A stretch of 64,000 nt of DNA, taken from Fidelibacterota bacterium. GTDB lineage: Bacteria; Fidelibacterota; UBA8477; JABMPR01. Shown here one piece after another: positions 54,290-63,522 of the stretch. The stretch spans positions 16,387 to 80,386 of the forward strand of contig JAERTJ010000111.1 of the NCBI GenBank assembly GCA_016844945.1, given 5' to 3'. Every line of letters begins with the position of its first letter. Positions within the stretch are counted from its first letter, which is position 1. Position numbers and translations under genes: made by a program. A model generated the notes under the pieces. The model did no database searches and had not been told where the DNA came from. It saw only the letters and a program-made list of their open reading frames with translations.

Positions 54290-55304
54290 ACAACGCAAGC
54301 GCGATCATCTAAAACTAGCTCAGGAGGAAAATCTTAAGTTTTCCATCTCGGCGGGTTTTGACCAATGGCGGTTTGTTCATAATGCGCTTCCAGAAATTGA
54401 TCTGAAGGATATTGATACCTCAGTAGAATTTCTGGGCAAGACCCTGGCATTTCCCCTGCTCATAAGCTCGATGAGTGGTGGGGTTCAGGAGAGTTATCAA
54501 CTCAACGCGAATCTGGCTGAAGCCGCGGAACAAGTTGGTTGCGCCCTGGGATTGGGAAGTATCAGAGCTGCTCTGGAAAATGATGACCTGAAAGAAAGTT
54601 TCCTGGTTGCTCGAGAGAAAGCCCCCAAAACAGTCCTCTTAGTCAATCTGGGTATTGCCCAGATGATTCAATCCAGATCTTATGATAAAGTTATCTCACT
54701 GTGTAATGAACTTGCCGCAGATGCACTGATTATCCATTTAAACCCACTTCAGGAAGCATTTCAACCAGGAGGTGATACGGATTTTCGAGGGGGTCTGGTC
54801 GCCCTTGAAAGATGGGTAAATGAGTTCCCCCTTCCCATTATTGTTAAAGAAGTAGGACAGGGACTTTCGGTTGAGGTGATCAGTAGATTAAAGGATATAG
54901 GGGTGACGACTATTGATATTGCCGGTGCTGGTGGGAGCAACTGGGTTTCAATCGAACGAGAACGTCTCGAGGATGATCAACGTATCCTACGCCAGGTAGC
55001 CCGTGAATTTGCAGACTGGGGTGAGCCGACAGCAGAGGTTCTCGAGAATCTGAAGACCAGCCAATACGTCATTGCCAGTGGCGGGCTAAAACAACCCATG
55101 GATCTGGCAAAGTCACTGGCATTGGGTGCCAACCTTGGCGGTATTGCAGGTGCCATCCTTAAACCTGCACTCATCGATGATGTCAGCGCACTGGTTGAAA
55201 TTCTGGAAACCTGGAAAAAGACTTTAGAGATGGTGCTATTTGGTACTGGAATATCTGATGTTGGCGGTTTAATTGGAAACCGCAAAGTTTTGACAAAGCG
55301 ATAG
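54273..55304 (+). CDS. fni: Type 2 isopentenyl-diphosphate delta-isomerase (FMN-dependent)
   Basis: Has the RKRDHL N-terminal motif, ISSMSGG and AGAGGSNW. The TTG at 54273 is preferred over the ORF-track ATG at 54234. Either start overlaps the end of the upstream gene. Confidence 0.88.
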   Translation: MTRDTEQRKRDHLKLAQEENLKFSISAGFDQWRFVHNALPEIDLKDIDTSVEFLGKTLAFPLLISSMSGGVQESYQLNANLAEAAEQVGCALGLGSIRAALENDDLKESFLVAREKAPKTVLLVNLGIAQMIQSRSYDKVISLCNELAADALIIHLNPLQEAFQPGGDTDFRGGLVALERWVNEFPLPIIVKEVGQGLSVEVISRLKDIGVTTIDIAGAGGSNWVSIERERLEDDQRILRQVAREFADWGEPTAEVLENLKTSQYVIASGGLKQPMDLAKSLALGANLGGIAGAILKPALIDDVSALVEILETWKKTLEMVLFGTGISDVGGLIGNRKVLTKR

Positions 55305-55306
55305 CA

Positions 55307-56314
55307 ATGCGTGAAGAAGGAACTCCAGTGGTAGTTGATAAGGACAGCAGCATTAAGCTAGATGAGTGGCGTTCAGCAGTTCGTCAACATCTGAGCAATC
55401 CAACATTCGATATTGAGCCCACCTATCTCTCGACGCCCATGTCTTATGCACTACAGGCTGAAGGTAAGATGCTCCGTCCAGCCCTGTGCATGGCAGCAAC
55501 TGAGGCTGTTGGTGGAAAATGGGAGGAATCCGTGTTGGTTGGTGCCGCATTGGAAATTTTCCATACCTTCTCACTGATTCATGACGATATCATGGATGAG
55601 GATGAACTGAGGCGGGGAAGACCAACGCTGCACAAGGCATTTGACCCGAGCCAGGCATTACTCAGCGGAGACACCCTGCTCATCTATGTCTATCAACTCC
55701 TCTCAAAAATTGATGATTCTAAATTCCCACGAATCTTCCGGGCTTTTAATGATGGTGCCATGGATGTCTGTAAAGGCCAGGGGTGGGATATGGAATTTGA
55801 ACATCGAAGCAACGTCCAGCCCAAAGAATATGAAATGATGATCGATCTAAAGACTGGCGCTCTGATAAGACTCGCCTGCGAACTCGGCGGTATTATGGGT
55901 GGTGCAACTGATGCAGGTGTTGAAGCGCTCTCAAGGTTTGGGGTTTTACTTGGCCGAGCCTTTCAAATGCAGGACGATTTGCTTGAGGTCACATCCTCTT
56001 CAGAAACTATGGGGAAAAGTCTGGGAAGTGATGTTCTCAACGAGAAAAAAACCTGGATCTGGCTAGACCTAAAACAACGGTTGACCCAGAAAGAGCTGGA
56101 GGAGTGGAAAGTTATCCAGCGAGGTGGTATCCTGAATGACGATCATAGAGAATTGGTTCGGAATTGGATGATTAAGCACGGAACCATAAAGCGTGCACAA
56201 GAGCTTGTCCAGAGCTGGGTCACCGAGGCTGATGAAATCCTCGCCCAGTCCACCTTCCAGAACATCCGGATGCTGAAGGTTTTATCAGATCTGATTCTTA
56301 ACCGCGTCAATTAG
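55307..56314 (+). CDS. Polyprenyl diphosphate synthase (FPP/GGPP synthase family)
   Basis: 335 aa. First Asp-rich motif LIHDDIMDEDELRRG and second FQMQDDLLE. Chain length not deducible by eye. Confidence 0.88.
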   Translation: MREEGTPVVVDKDSSIKLDEWRSAVRQHLSNPTFDIEPTYLSTPMSYALQAEGKMLRPALCMAATEAVGGKWEESVLVGAALEIFHTFSLIHDDIMDEDELRRGRPTLHKAFDPSQALLSGDTLLIYVYQLLSKIDDSKFPRIFRAFNDGAMDVCKGQGWDMEFEHRSNVQPKEYEMMIDLKTGALIRLACELGGIMGGATDAGVEALSRFGVLLGRAFQMQDDLLEVTSSSETMGKSLGSDVLNEKKTWIWLDLKQRLTQKELEEWKVIQRGGILNDDHRELVRNWMIKHGTIKRAQELVQSWVTEADEILAQSTFQNIRMLKVLSDLILNRVN

Positions 56315-56446
56315 GTGCTCCTGTCTTGATGCTTTCTCTGGAACATCAGGGAAGTGTTAGAGATCACAATTTTCCAACGATTCCAAATAAATTGTCGTGA
56401 GGGTTTGACATTACCCTGTTTCAGGGAGTATGTTTATCGTGGTGAT

Positions 56447-57037
56447 ATGATGATTGAAGTAATTGTAAAAAATATACTCTTTTTTGCTCAAGCAGCAGCT
56501 CCTGGCTATACTCTTTTTCTCCAGGCTCGTGAGGATGAGACAAGGAGCTTACCTATTGTCGTTGGACAATTTGAAGCCCAGGCAATTGCACTGGCTTTAG
56601 AGCAAATTCATCTGGACCGACCCATGACCCACGATTTGCTTTCTGGTGTACTATCGAGCCTAACTGATGGTCTGGATAGTGTGATCATTAAACACTTGAA
56701 AGAAGGCACATACTATGCTGAGCTGATGGTAAAAAAGGGGAAGGGTTTTGAAATATTAGATGCTCGACCCAGCGATGCCATAGCCCTTGCGTTGCGGGCT
56801 CGCGTACCAATAAAAGTATCCCAATCTGTCTTTGATGAAGCGGCAATCCCAGTGCCTATGACAAAGACAACTCATCGTAGTGAAAATGCTACTCTGGCTG
56901 AAAATGTAAATGAGATTACTCATCGTGCAGAATTAAAATTTGATCTTGAGAAGGATTTGCGAGAAGCAATCTCTCGTGAGGACTATGAACAGGCTGCGCT
57001 TATTCGCGACAAACTTCACGCACTCACAGGGTCCTAG
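56447..57037 (+). CDS. Bifunctional nuclease family protein (DUF151) with C-terminal UVR motif
   Basis: LPIVVGQFEAQAIALAL...RPMTHDL core. The C-terminal EDYEQAALIRDKL is UvrB/C-like. The ATG at 56447 is preferred to the GTG at 56354. Confidence 0.8.
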   Translation: MMIEVIVKNILFFAQAAAPGYTLFLQAREDETRSLPIVVGQFEAQAIALALEQIHLDRPMTHDLLSGVLSSLTDGLDSVIIKHLKEGTYYAELMVKKGKGFEILDARPSDAIALALRARVPIKVSQSVFDEAAIPVPMTKTTHRSENATLAENVNEITHRAELKFDLEKDLREAISREDYEQAALIRDKLHALTGS

Positions 57038-57052
57038 TTTTAAAGGTAAATA

Positions 57053-57556
57053 CTAATCCAGGTCGGACAGTTCTGATTCTATTTTCTGGAGTACATCATC
57101 AGAAGGTTTTTCCGCGGGCCCTGGATCTTTATTCTGGTTACGCAGTTTGGTCAGGGCAAAAGCAAATAATGCTAAGCCGATAACACTGAAAAGAACGACC
57201 ATCCAATATGAGACTTTTCCAACCGTTTCACTGGCTTTAGGTGATGCCAGTATTCGATTTCCATAGGGTTGCTTTGTGCGAGGATCAATTGTAGCTCTAA
57301 AATGATCCAGGATCTCATCTTTAGATTTACCCGCAATCAATAAGCGCCGAATAGTAATCTTGGCTTCTTCCGTTCGCTGGTTTTTCCCATGCATATAGAC
57401 GGGTCCACCAAAGCAGCAAGTCGCCATCAGATTCTTCTCCAAAGAGATCGCCTGTTTATTTTGCTCATCGGTGAGCTTGTTATTGTAGAATTCATAATCC
57501 TGGGCATTCAACATGCCCCCAATGGTCATCAGAAGTAGTAATATTAAAGTTCTCAT
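57053..57556 (-). CDS. CcmH/NrfF-like protein with non-canonical Cys motif
   Basis: 167 aa. Signal peptide, then a region aligning by eye to the CcmH core (IRRLLIAGKSKDEILDHF...YGNRILASP), then a C-terminal TM helix. In place of the CXXC it has ATCCFGG. Confidence 0.45.
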   Translation of the reverse strand: MRTLILLLLMTIGGMLNAQDYEFYNNKLTDEQNKQAISLEKNLMATCCFGGPVYMHGKNQRTEEAKITIRRLLIAGKSKDEILDHFRATIDPRTKQPYGNRILASPKASETVGKVSYWMVVLFSVIGLALFAFALTKLRNQNKDPGPAEKPSDDVLQKIESELSDLD

Positions 57557-57669
57557 GTGGAGAATCTAGACGAGAAAACAGGGGGTTCAATGGAAATTCA
57601 TTGTAGTCTGGCGGAAACCAACGCATTTTGCATAGCTGAGATTTAAATGATTAACCCAGAGGGAATGAC

Positions 57670-58569
57670 ATGTCACTAATTATTGTAGGATCACTGGCAT
57701 TGGATACGATTGAAGCACCAGCAGGGTCTGTTGCAGATGTCCCGGGTGGATCAAGCAGCTATTGCTCCATCGCTGCAAGTTATTTTACTCACCCAAACCT
57801 GGTTGGTGTAGTGGGTGAAGACTTTCCAGAAGCTGTGGTCACCCTTTTTAAGGATCATCAAATAGATCTGGCAGGCATGGCGATTGAGGCTGGCAAGACC
57901 TTTCGCTGGGGGGGGCGCTATGCTGAAAATTTTGATGACCGTACCACGCTTTTTACCCACCTCAATGTATTCGAAAATTTCAATCCCATACTCCCGGATG
58001 CTTATAAAAAGGCAGCCTACGTACTTCTGGCTAACATCCATCCGGGGCTCCAGAACCATGTGTTGGATCAAATGGACTCAGATGCTTTTGTTGTCCTGGA
58101 TACCATGAATTTATGGATTGATACTGCCCTGGACGACCTGCTGACATTGATGAAGCGTGTGGATATGATTGTCATCAATGATGAAGAAGCAAAAATGCTC
58201 ACCAATGAACGTAATTATGGTAGGGCTGCGAAAAAGCTGCAGGAAATGGGTCCAGAATGGATCATTATCAAAAAGGGGCAACATGGTGCACTCTTGTTTC
58301 ATCAGAGTCGGGTTTTTGCTGTTCCCGGGCTTGTCCTGGATGAAGTAAAGGATCCAACCGGAGCTGGCGATACTTTTGTAGGTGCATTAATTGGATATTT
58401 GGCCCAATCAAAAGATCACACATTTGATAATATGAAACTGGCTGTAGTTTTTGGATCTGTGTTGGCTTCCTTTTGTGTCCAGGATTTTTCAGTTGAGGGC
58501 ATCTCATATCTGGATGAATCTGATCTGGAAACACGCTATGATGAATTTGTAATTATGAGTCAATTTTAG
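57670..58569 (+). CDS. PfkB-family carbohydrate/nucleoside kinase
   Basis: 299 aa. N-terminal GSLALD-type motif and C-terminal DPTGAGDTF signature. Confidence 0.85.
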   Translation: MSLIIVGSLALDTIEAPAGSVADVPGGSSSYCSIAASYFTHPNLVGVVGEDFPEAVVTLFKDHQIDLAGMAIEAGKTFRWGGRYAENFDDRTTLFTHLNVFENFNPILPDAYKKAAYVLLANIHPGLQNHVLDQMDSDAFVVLDTMNLWIDTALDDLLTLMKRVDMIVINDEEAKMLTNERNYGRAAKKLQEMGPEWIIIKKGQHGALLFHQSRVFAVPGLVLDEVKDPTGAGDTFVGALIGYLAQSKDHTFDNMKLAVVFGSVLASFCVQDFSVEGISYLDESDLETRYDEFVIMSQF

Positions 58570-58576
58570 GAATAGA

Positions 58577-59806
58577 ATGTATAAAATACTATCTATGAGC
58601 ACGCGCTATGCTGCTACTGTTTTAAGTCTGCTGTTCGTCTTGTCTGGCTGTGACAAAGAGCAAAATAATGAACCAGAAATTAACCCCTGCCTGCCCACAG
58701 ATGTCCCGGGAGAGTTGGAAGGAGTTCAATTCATCATGACCATTACTTCTGAACAGGTTGAGGGTTATATCAGTAGCTATTTTCCATTCCTGGAATTTGA
58801 ATTTGAAGAGATGTCAGTTGATATTTATTCCATGTCTTACAAAACCAGGGATAAAAACAATGACTTAACCCCAGTGTCTGGCGTCATGTTTCTTCCAGTA
58901 GGGCGAGATACTCTAGATCTGGTAAGCACGCAACACGGTACTGCAATAAGGCGCGAGGATGTGGGTTCCCAGAATCCTTTTATGGCCTTTGATGGACTAC
59001 TCATGGCTCTAAAGGGCAGTATGGTAGTAGCACCGGACTATATAGGTCTTGGTGATTCCCAACTCCTTCATCCCTACCTACACGCTCAATTGTCCGCGAA
59101 TGCTGTGGTTGACATGCTTAGAGCGGGACGGGCATATGCCTGTGACAATTCGCTCACCCTCACCGGTGATATCTTTCTATCGGGCTATTCTGAGGGGGGG
59201 TACGTGGCTCTGGCAACTCAGAAAATTATTGAAACTCAGCATACGGATGAATTCGACTTGATGGGTGTTGCTCCCATGGCAGGTCCTTTCGATCTGTTGG
59301 GGACAACAAGATCAATCCTGAGCCAGGATGACTATGAGAACCCGGCTTTTCTGGCATATCTGGTAACTGCATACAATGATATTTACGAATGGGATAGACT
59401 TGGGGAAATATTTCAAGAACCCTATGCTTCTATGATCCCTGGTCTGTTTAACGGAACCGTAGGTGCAGATTCTATAAATTCTCAACTGTCTCATTCCCTG
59501 GACACGCTTTTTACTCAAGACTTCAGACAATCCATCCTGACTGGAAATGAAACGTTGGTTGAAGCGGCTCTTATTGAAAATTCGTTTGAAGACTGGGGAC
59601 CCATTGCACCGGTGAGACTGATACATGGAACGGCTGACGAAGTTGTACCTTACGAAAATTCAGAGGTTGTCTATCAGTCCATGGTAGACAATGGCGGGGT
59701 CAGTGTGGAGTTAGTCCCTCTGCCTGGGGCAGATCATGTTACAGGTGCTTTATTTGCATATGACCTTGCAGCAAAGTGGTATGTAGAATTGAGCAGCCAG
59801 GAGTAA
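58577..59806 (+). CDS. Secreted lipoprotein, alpha/beta-hydrolase (lipase/esterase-like)
   Basis: 409 aa. Lipobox LSGC, nucleophile elbow GYSEGG and a late D/H pair (GTADEVV, GADHV). Confidence 0.7.
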   Translation: MYKILSMSTRYAATVLSLLFVLSGCDKEQNNEPEINPCLPTDVPGELEGVQFIMTITSEQVEGYISSYFPFLEFEFEEMSVDIYSMSYKTRDKNNDLTPVSGVMFLPVGRDTLDLVSTQHGTAIRREDVGSQNPFMAFDGLLMALKGSMVVAPDYIGLGDSQLLHPYLHAQLSANAVVDMLRAGRAYACDNSLTLTGDIFLSGYSEGGYVALATQKIIETQHTDEFDLMGVAPMAGPFDLLGTTRSILSQDDYENPAFLAYLVTAYNDIYEWDRLGEIFQEPYASMIPGLFNGTVGADSINSQLSHSLDTLFTQDFRQSILTGNETLVEAALIENSFEDWGPIAPVRLIHGTADEVVPYENSEVVYQSMVDNGGVSVELVPLPGADHVTGALFAYDLAAKWYVELSSQE

Positions 59807-59820
59807 CCTGGTCCCAGAGT

Positions 59821-60369
59821 TTAGAGTTCAGCCAAGACTCCTGCATTTATCTCGGATACTTTTTCTGGTCCGTATAAAGTCTCAACCAACTTAAAAGCGA
59901 ATTCCATGGCAGATCCTGCTGCTTGCCCCGTGATAATTAAATCAGCTATTTGGACACGTTCACCCGTGTGAAAAGATGTGGTCATTCGGTCTGCCCAGCC
60001 AGGGTGTGATGTCACCTGCTTTTGGCTCGTTAATCCTGCTTTTTCTAACACAGCAGGTGCAGCACATATGGCAGCAGATGTTTTGTTGGCAGCGGCTTGA
60101 TTTTTTAACAGAGTAATAACCCGGTCATCTTCCATGAGGTTTGGAGCTCCAGGGACTCCTCCAGGAAGGACAACCATATCCCAGGATTCAGTCATAATCT
60201 CTGCCAGCACAGTGTCTGCAATCACCTTAAGCCCATGGGAGCCCTGGACATTCCTTTTTTCAAGTGAGGCTATGGTTACTTCTGTACCTGCACGCCTTAA
60301 AATATCGATGATTGTAATGGCTTCAATTTCTTCAAAGCCTTCAGCCAGTGGAACTAATACAGTTTTCAT
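59821..60369 (-). CDS. DJ-1/PfpI family protein (YajL/ThiJ-like)
   Basis: 182 aa. Nucleophile elbow AAICAAP with surrounding DJ-1 pattern (LPGG..GA). Confidence 0.88.
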   Translation of the reverse strand: MKTVLVPLAEGFEEIEAITIIDILRRAGTEVTIASLEKRNVQGSHGLKVIADTVLAEIMTESWDMVVLPGGVPGAPNLMEDDRVITLLKNQAAANKTSAAICAAPAVLEKAGLTSQKQVTSHPGWADRMTTSFHTGERVQIADLIITGQAAGSAMEFAFKLVETLYGPEKVSEINAGVLAEL

Positions 60370-60377
60370 ACTGTCTC

Positions 60378-61295
60378 CTATAGTCCAGGTGTTCTGAACT
60401 GCTCAAGATGGCGAGGTTTTCTGTATTTGGTCGTTTTTATCAATTGCCCCGCATTATTGTAGCGGTGTATCAATTTTGGTTGATGCTTGTCATTATATTC
60501 ATAAACCTTTTTAAGGATTAGGTTGAAATTACGATCGCGCTCCTCTTCTACCAGAATCAGACCATATTCATCATAGCTTCTGGAAATAAAGATCTGTCTT
60601 GATTCATCCAAAATTTCCTCAAGCTCTCGATATTTTTCAACGGGATGGTAGCTATACCGATAGAAGGATATGAGGGAGTTGTCTGGAAGATAATGCTCTT
60701 CATTGATGATCTGGTTGTCGTCGTTATATATAGTGAGCCAGTAATCCCTGAGTTCACCATCGGGCAGGAAGAAATTACGCTGAGATTTATCCAACCGCTT
60801 GTCATGATCATAATAATAGGCTGTGGAACTTTCGATTTTGTCACTGAGACCCCAGGTTTCCTCTAAATAGGGTCTCTGGTTTAGATCATAGTGAATGGTG
60901 AGTTTCTTCTCCAGCAGATGTGATCGCGTGAACCACTGGTCTTCCCGTTCGACAATCCGCCCACTTTTGTAGGTCCATTCCTTTGAGATTCGAGGTGGAC
61001 CATGCTGAAAATATTCGGTTTGCTGATGCCGCAGTAGGTTTCCTCTTCGGTCGTAGTTATAAACACTTCTAGCTACAATATTCTTTTTTGAATTGAAATA
61101 TTTAGCTGAAATGACTTGACCTTTTTTGTTCCTTTTTACTTCAAAATAATCGCCACGGATGTCAGCTCGCTGGGAGACATGATCTAAAAATCGACGTGTA
61201 GTCAAATCCCCTTTTTCATAATAGGAAATTTTCCCCCGACTACAACCAGCCAGGAGAAGAATGATGACTATATAAAGGAATGACCTGATAATCAC
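60378..61295 (-). CDS. Lipoprotein with degenerate YD/Rhs-like repeats
   Basis: 305 aa. Lipobox LLAGC. Recurrent Y-x-Y-D/N-x-x-G/K-x-L units (YNYDRRGNLL, YYYDHDKRL, SYDEYGLIL, YEYNDKHQ, YNNAGQLI). Confidence 0.55.
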   Translation of the reverse strand: MIIRSFLYIVIILLLAGCSRGKISYYEKGDLTTRRFLDHVSQRADIRGDYFEVKRNKKGQVISAKYFNSKKNIVARSVYNYDRRGNLLRHQQTEYFQHGPPRISKEWTYKSGRIVEREDQWFTRSHLLEKKLTIHYDLNQRPYLEETWGLSDKIESSTAYYYDHDKRLDKSQRNFFLPDGELRDYWLTIYNDDNQIINEEHYLPDNSLISFYRYSYHPVEKYRELEEILDESRQIFISRSYDEYGLILVEEERDRNFNLILKKVYEYNDKHQPKLIHRYNNAGQLIKTTKYRKPRHLEQFRTPGL

Positions 61296-61972
61296 TGGGT
61301 GTAGAAGTAAAAATAGATTGCTGACCGGCGGGCTTCCATCACTTCAACATCTTCAGAAAGAACAATCTCATCTGCAATATCATATAGTTCGAACCTGTCC
61401 TGTTTATCCAAAGTCTGATAGAAGTTGAGCACCTGGTCTTTGGAAAGCTTATCAATGACAAGCAACCGGGCTTGGTCAAGCGTCTTTCCCTGGCGGACTA
61501 ATTTGACTGCTGAAAGGTCAATTGAACGAGCTGAGATGGTTTCACTGGCAATACTTGTGTCTTCCAGACTGCTCTCGGAATCAACTAATTTAACCGTTTG
61601 GACACGTTGCATACGTTTTGCCAATGCGAACCGCTTGTTTGGATCTTCAAGCTGTTTGCTGATTTTAACTATTTCCTGGGTAAGAGCATCAATACGAGAT
61701 CTCGATTCAGCCTGCTTATTTCTTAAAGCCTGGAGGCGTTGCTTGTCACGTCTAGGAGATTCACTTCCAGGGGAATTTATCTCAAGTGCAAGTCGGTTTG
61801 AATTGGCTTGCTCAGCTTTCAATTTTGTCAGCATGTTACTCAGACGATCAATCTCCTTATTCATGGAGTGAATATCTAAATCTCTTGTTTGAGCGTTCCC
61901 GATTGCTGTGGACAGTACGAGTATTATAAGTACAAATGATTTGATGCTATATTTCCAATACCTGTTTGGCAT
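61292..61972 (-). CDS. Secreted coiled-coil protein, hypothetical
   Basis: 226 aa. Signal peptide (LIILVLSTAIGNAQ) and a long heptad-like Q/R/K/E-rich segment. 4-nt overlap (GTGA) with the downstream lipoprotein gene. Confidence 0.5.
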   Translation of the reverse strand: MPNRYWKYSIKSFVLIILVLSTAIGNAQTRDLDIHSMNKEIDRLSNMLTKLKAEQANSNRLALEINSPGSESPRRDKQRLQALRNKQAESRSRIDALTQEIVKISKQLEDPNKRFALAKRMQRVQTVKLVDSESSLEDTSIASETISARSIDLSAVKLVRQGKTLDQARLLVIDKLSKDQVLNFYQTLDKQDRFELYDIADEIVLSEDVEVMEARRSAIYFYFYTQ

Positions 61973-62069
61973 AACCCAATTCTCCTCAATGCGATGCGCT
62001 TAAGCTAACATGGACTTAAAATTGAGAAAGTATGAAATGATATTCTCAGCCAGAGGGTCATCTGGACAA

Positions 62070-62447
62070 TCAGTGATTTAAACGTTTCTCGTACCAATAT
62101 TTTGTTTCGTCACTTTTAAGGGCAGATTTTGTGCATGAATACCCATTTTTTATACCCAATTTTATCATACCTGGAAATCGATCAAAGGTTGTAAAATAGA
62201 GTGTATCAATTTTCATTTCACGAACCAGCTGTTCTTGCCGATTTAATAGTTCCTGAGCGATACCCAATCTTCTGTAATCAGGATGGACACCTCCTAACCA
62301 GGAAAAGAAAGTTTGCTGCTCAGGTATGATGTAGCCCAACTTAAAACCAACAGGATCATTCCCGGCATATGCCACAAGTAGGATGCCCCGATTCTTTTTG
62401 ATATCTGAGAGTCTGGTTTGAGTTGCCCGATGGTTCTGAAAGACCAT
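62070..62447 (-). CDS. GNAT-family N-acetyltransferase; true start probably upstream (ATC at 62511-62513 on the minus strand)
   Basis: Has the acetyl-CoA pocket motif (HPDYRRLGIAQELL). The in-frame region upstream of the ATG encodes ...IVIRTVDIELDFIHELEE, which looks like GNAT beta1/alpha1. The frame is open to the TAA at 62532-62534. Confidence 0.8.
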   Translation of the reverse strand: MVFQNHRATQTRLSDIKKNRGILLVAYAGNDPVGFKLGYIIPEQQTFFSWLGGVHPDYRRLGIAQELLNRQEQLVREMKIDTLYFTTFDRFPGMIKLGIKNGYSCTKSALKSDETKYWYEKRLNH

Positions 62448-62593
62448 CTCTTCCAGTTCGTGAATGAAATCCAGCTCGATATCTACAGTTCTTATGACAA
62501 TATCAGAAACGATTTTGTATTTCCTGTCGTTTTAATGCAAATGGGAAAAAAGACTTACCCTGTCCTGATTTCCATCTAAATTTAGACTCCATC

Positions 62594-63502
62594 ATGGCAA
62601 AGCAAAAGTCCATAAAAACCAAGAATAGGCAATGTTTGAGTTGTGAAACTCAACTTGACTCAAATTTTTGTCCAAACTGTGGTCAAAAGAATAAAGAATA
62701 CCACCTGTCAATGAAGGAATTTTTTGGAGACTTTCTTGAGGAACTCCTTGATGTAGATTCACGCGTAGTTAGAACCATAAGATTACTCTTCACACGACCT
62801 GGTTTTTTAACCGCAGAATATGTTCGTGGTCGGCGTATAAATTATCTACCCCCAGTACGAATATATTTGGTAGCCAGCGTGCTTTTCTTTCTTTCATTGA
62901 CCATAAAGACACTTGTACCCAGCTTTCAGGAGAATGAGTTTTTTAAAGAATTCTCAGAAAATGGTGATGTTGAAAGTGCACTGGAAACAGCGGTGGAGTC
63001 AAAAGTTAATCCACAATCCCTGACCAATCAGAATTCTGGGCTGGTGGAAGTAGATCCAGACAGCTCAAACTCACCTGTATCCCTAACGGTTGGAGAAAGT
63101 AAGTTTGATGTTCAACAGGGTGATTTCCTCTCGAATTTCAGCGATAATTTTGCCAAGATGATGTTCTTTCTGTTACCTGTGGCTGCGTTGCAATTGAAAG
63201 CACTCTACTGGCGTCGCAAAAAAGCTTATATCGAGCATCTCATATTTAGTATTCATCTTCATGCATTTATTTTCAGCATATTAATTTTTACGGTCATCTT
63301 GGAGTTTACATTTGTCATGTGGATCGTCATTCTCACAAGTCTGGTGTATCTCTTTTTAGCCATGAAACACTTTTACGCTCAATCCTTGCCAAAAACCTTC
63401 TCAAAAATGTTACTCCTTCTCTTTAGCTATGGTTTAACCACAATGTTGGTCATGACGATTACTCTTGTAGCTACTGCAATAGGTTTAGTTGTCGGTAGTT
63501 AA
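62594..63502 (+). CDS. DUF3667-like membrane protein with N-terminal zinc ribbon
   Basis: 302 aa. CLSCETQLDSNFCPNCG zinc-ribbon, a conserved-looking FTRPGFLTAEYVRGRRINYLPPVRIYL segment and several TM helices. Confidence 0.6.
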   Translation: MAKQKSIKTKNRQCLSCETQLDSNFCPNCGQKNKEYHLSMKEFFGDFLEELLDVDSRVVRTIRLLFTRPGFLTAEYVRGRRINYLPPVRIYLVASVLFFLSLTIKTLVPSFQENEFFKEFSENGDVESALETAVESKVNPQSLTNQNSGLVEVDPDSSNSPVSLTVGESKFDVQQGDFLSNFSDNFAKMMFFLLPVAALQLKALYWRRKKAYIEHLIFSIHLHAFIFSILIFTVILEFTFVMWIVILTSLVYLFLAMKHFYAQSLPKTFSKMLLLLFSYGLTTMLVMTITLVATAIGLVVGS

Positions 63503-63522
63503 TATCGGTCAGCAGGTGGATC

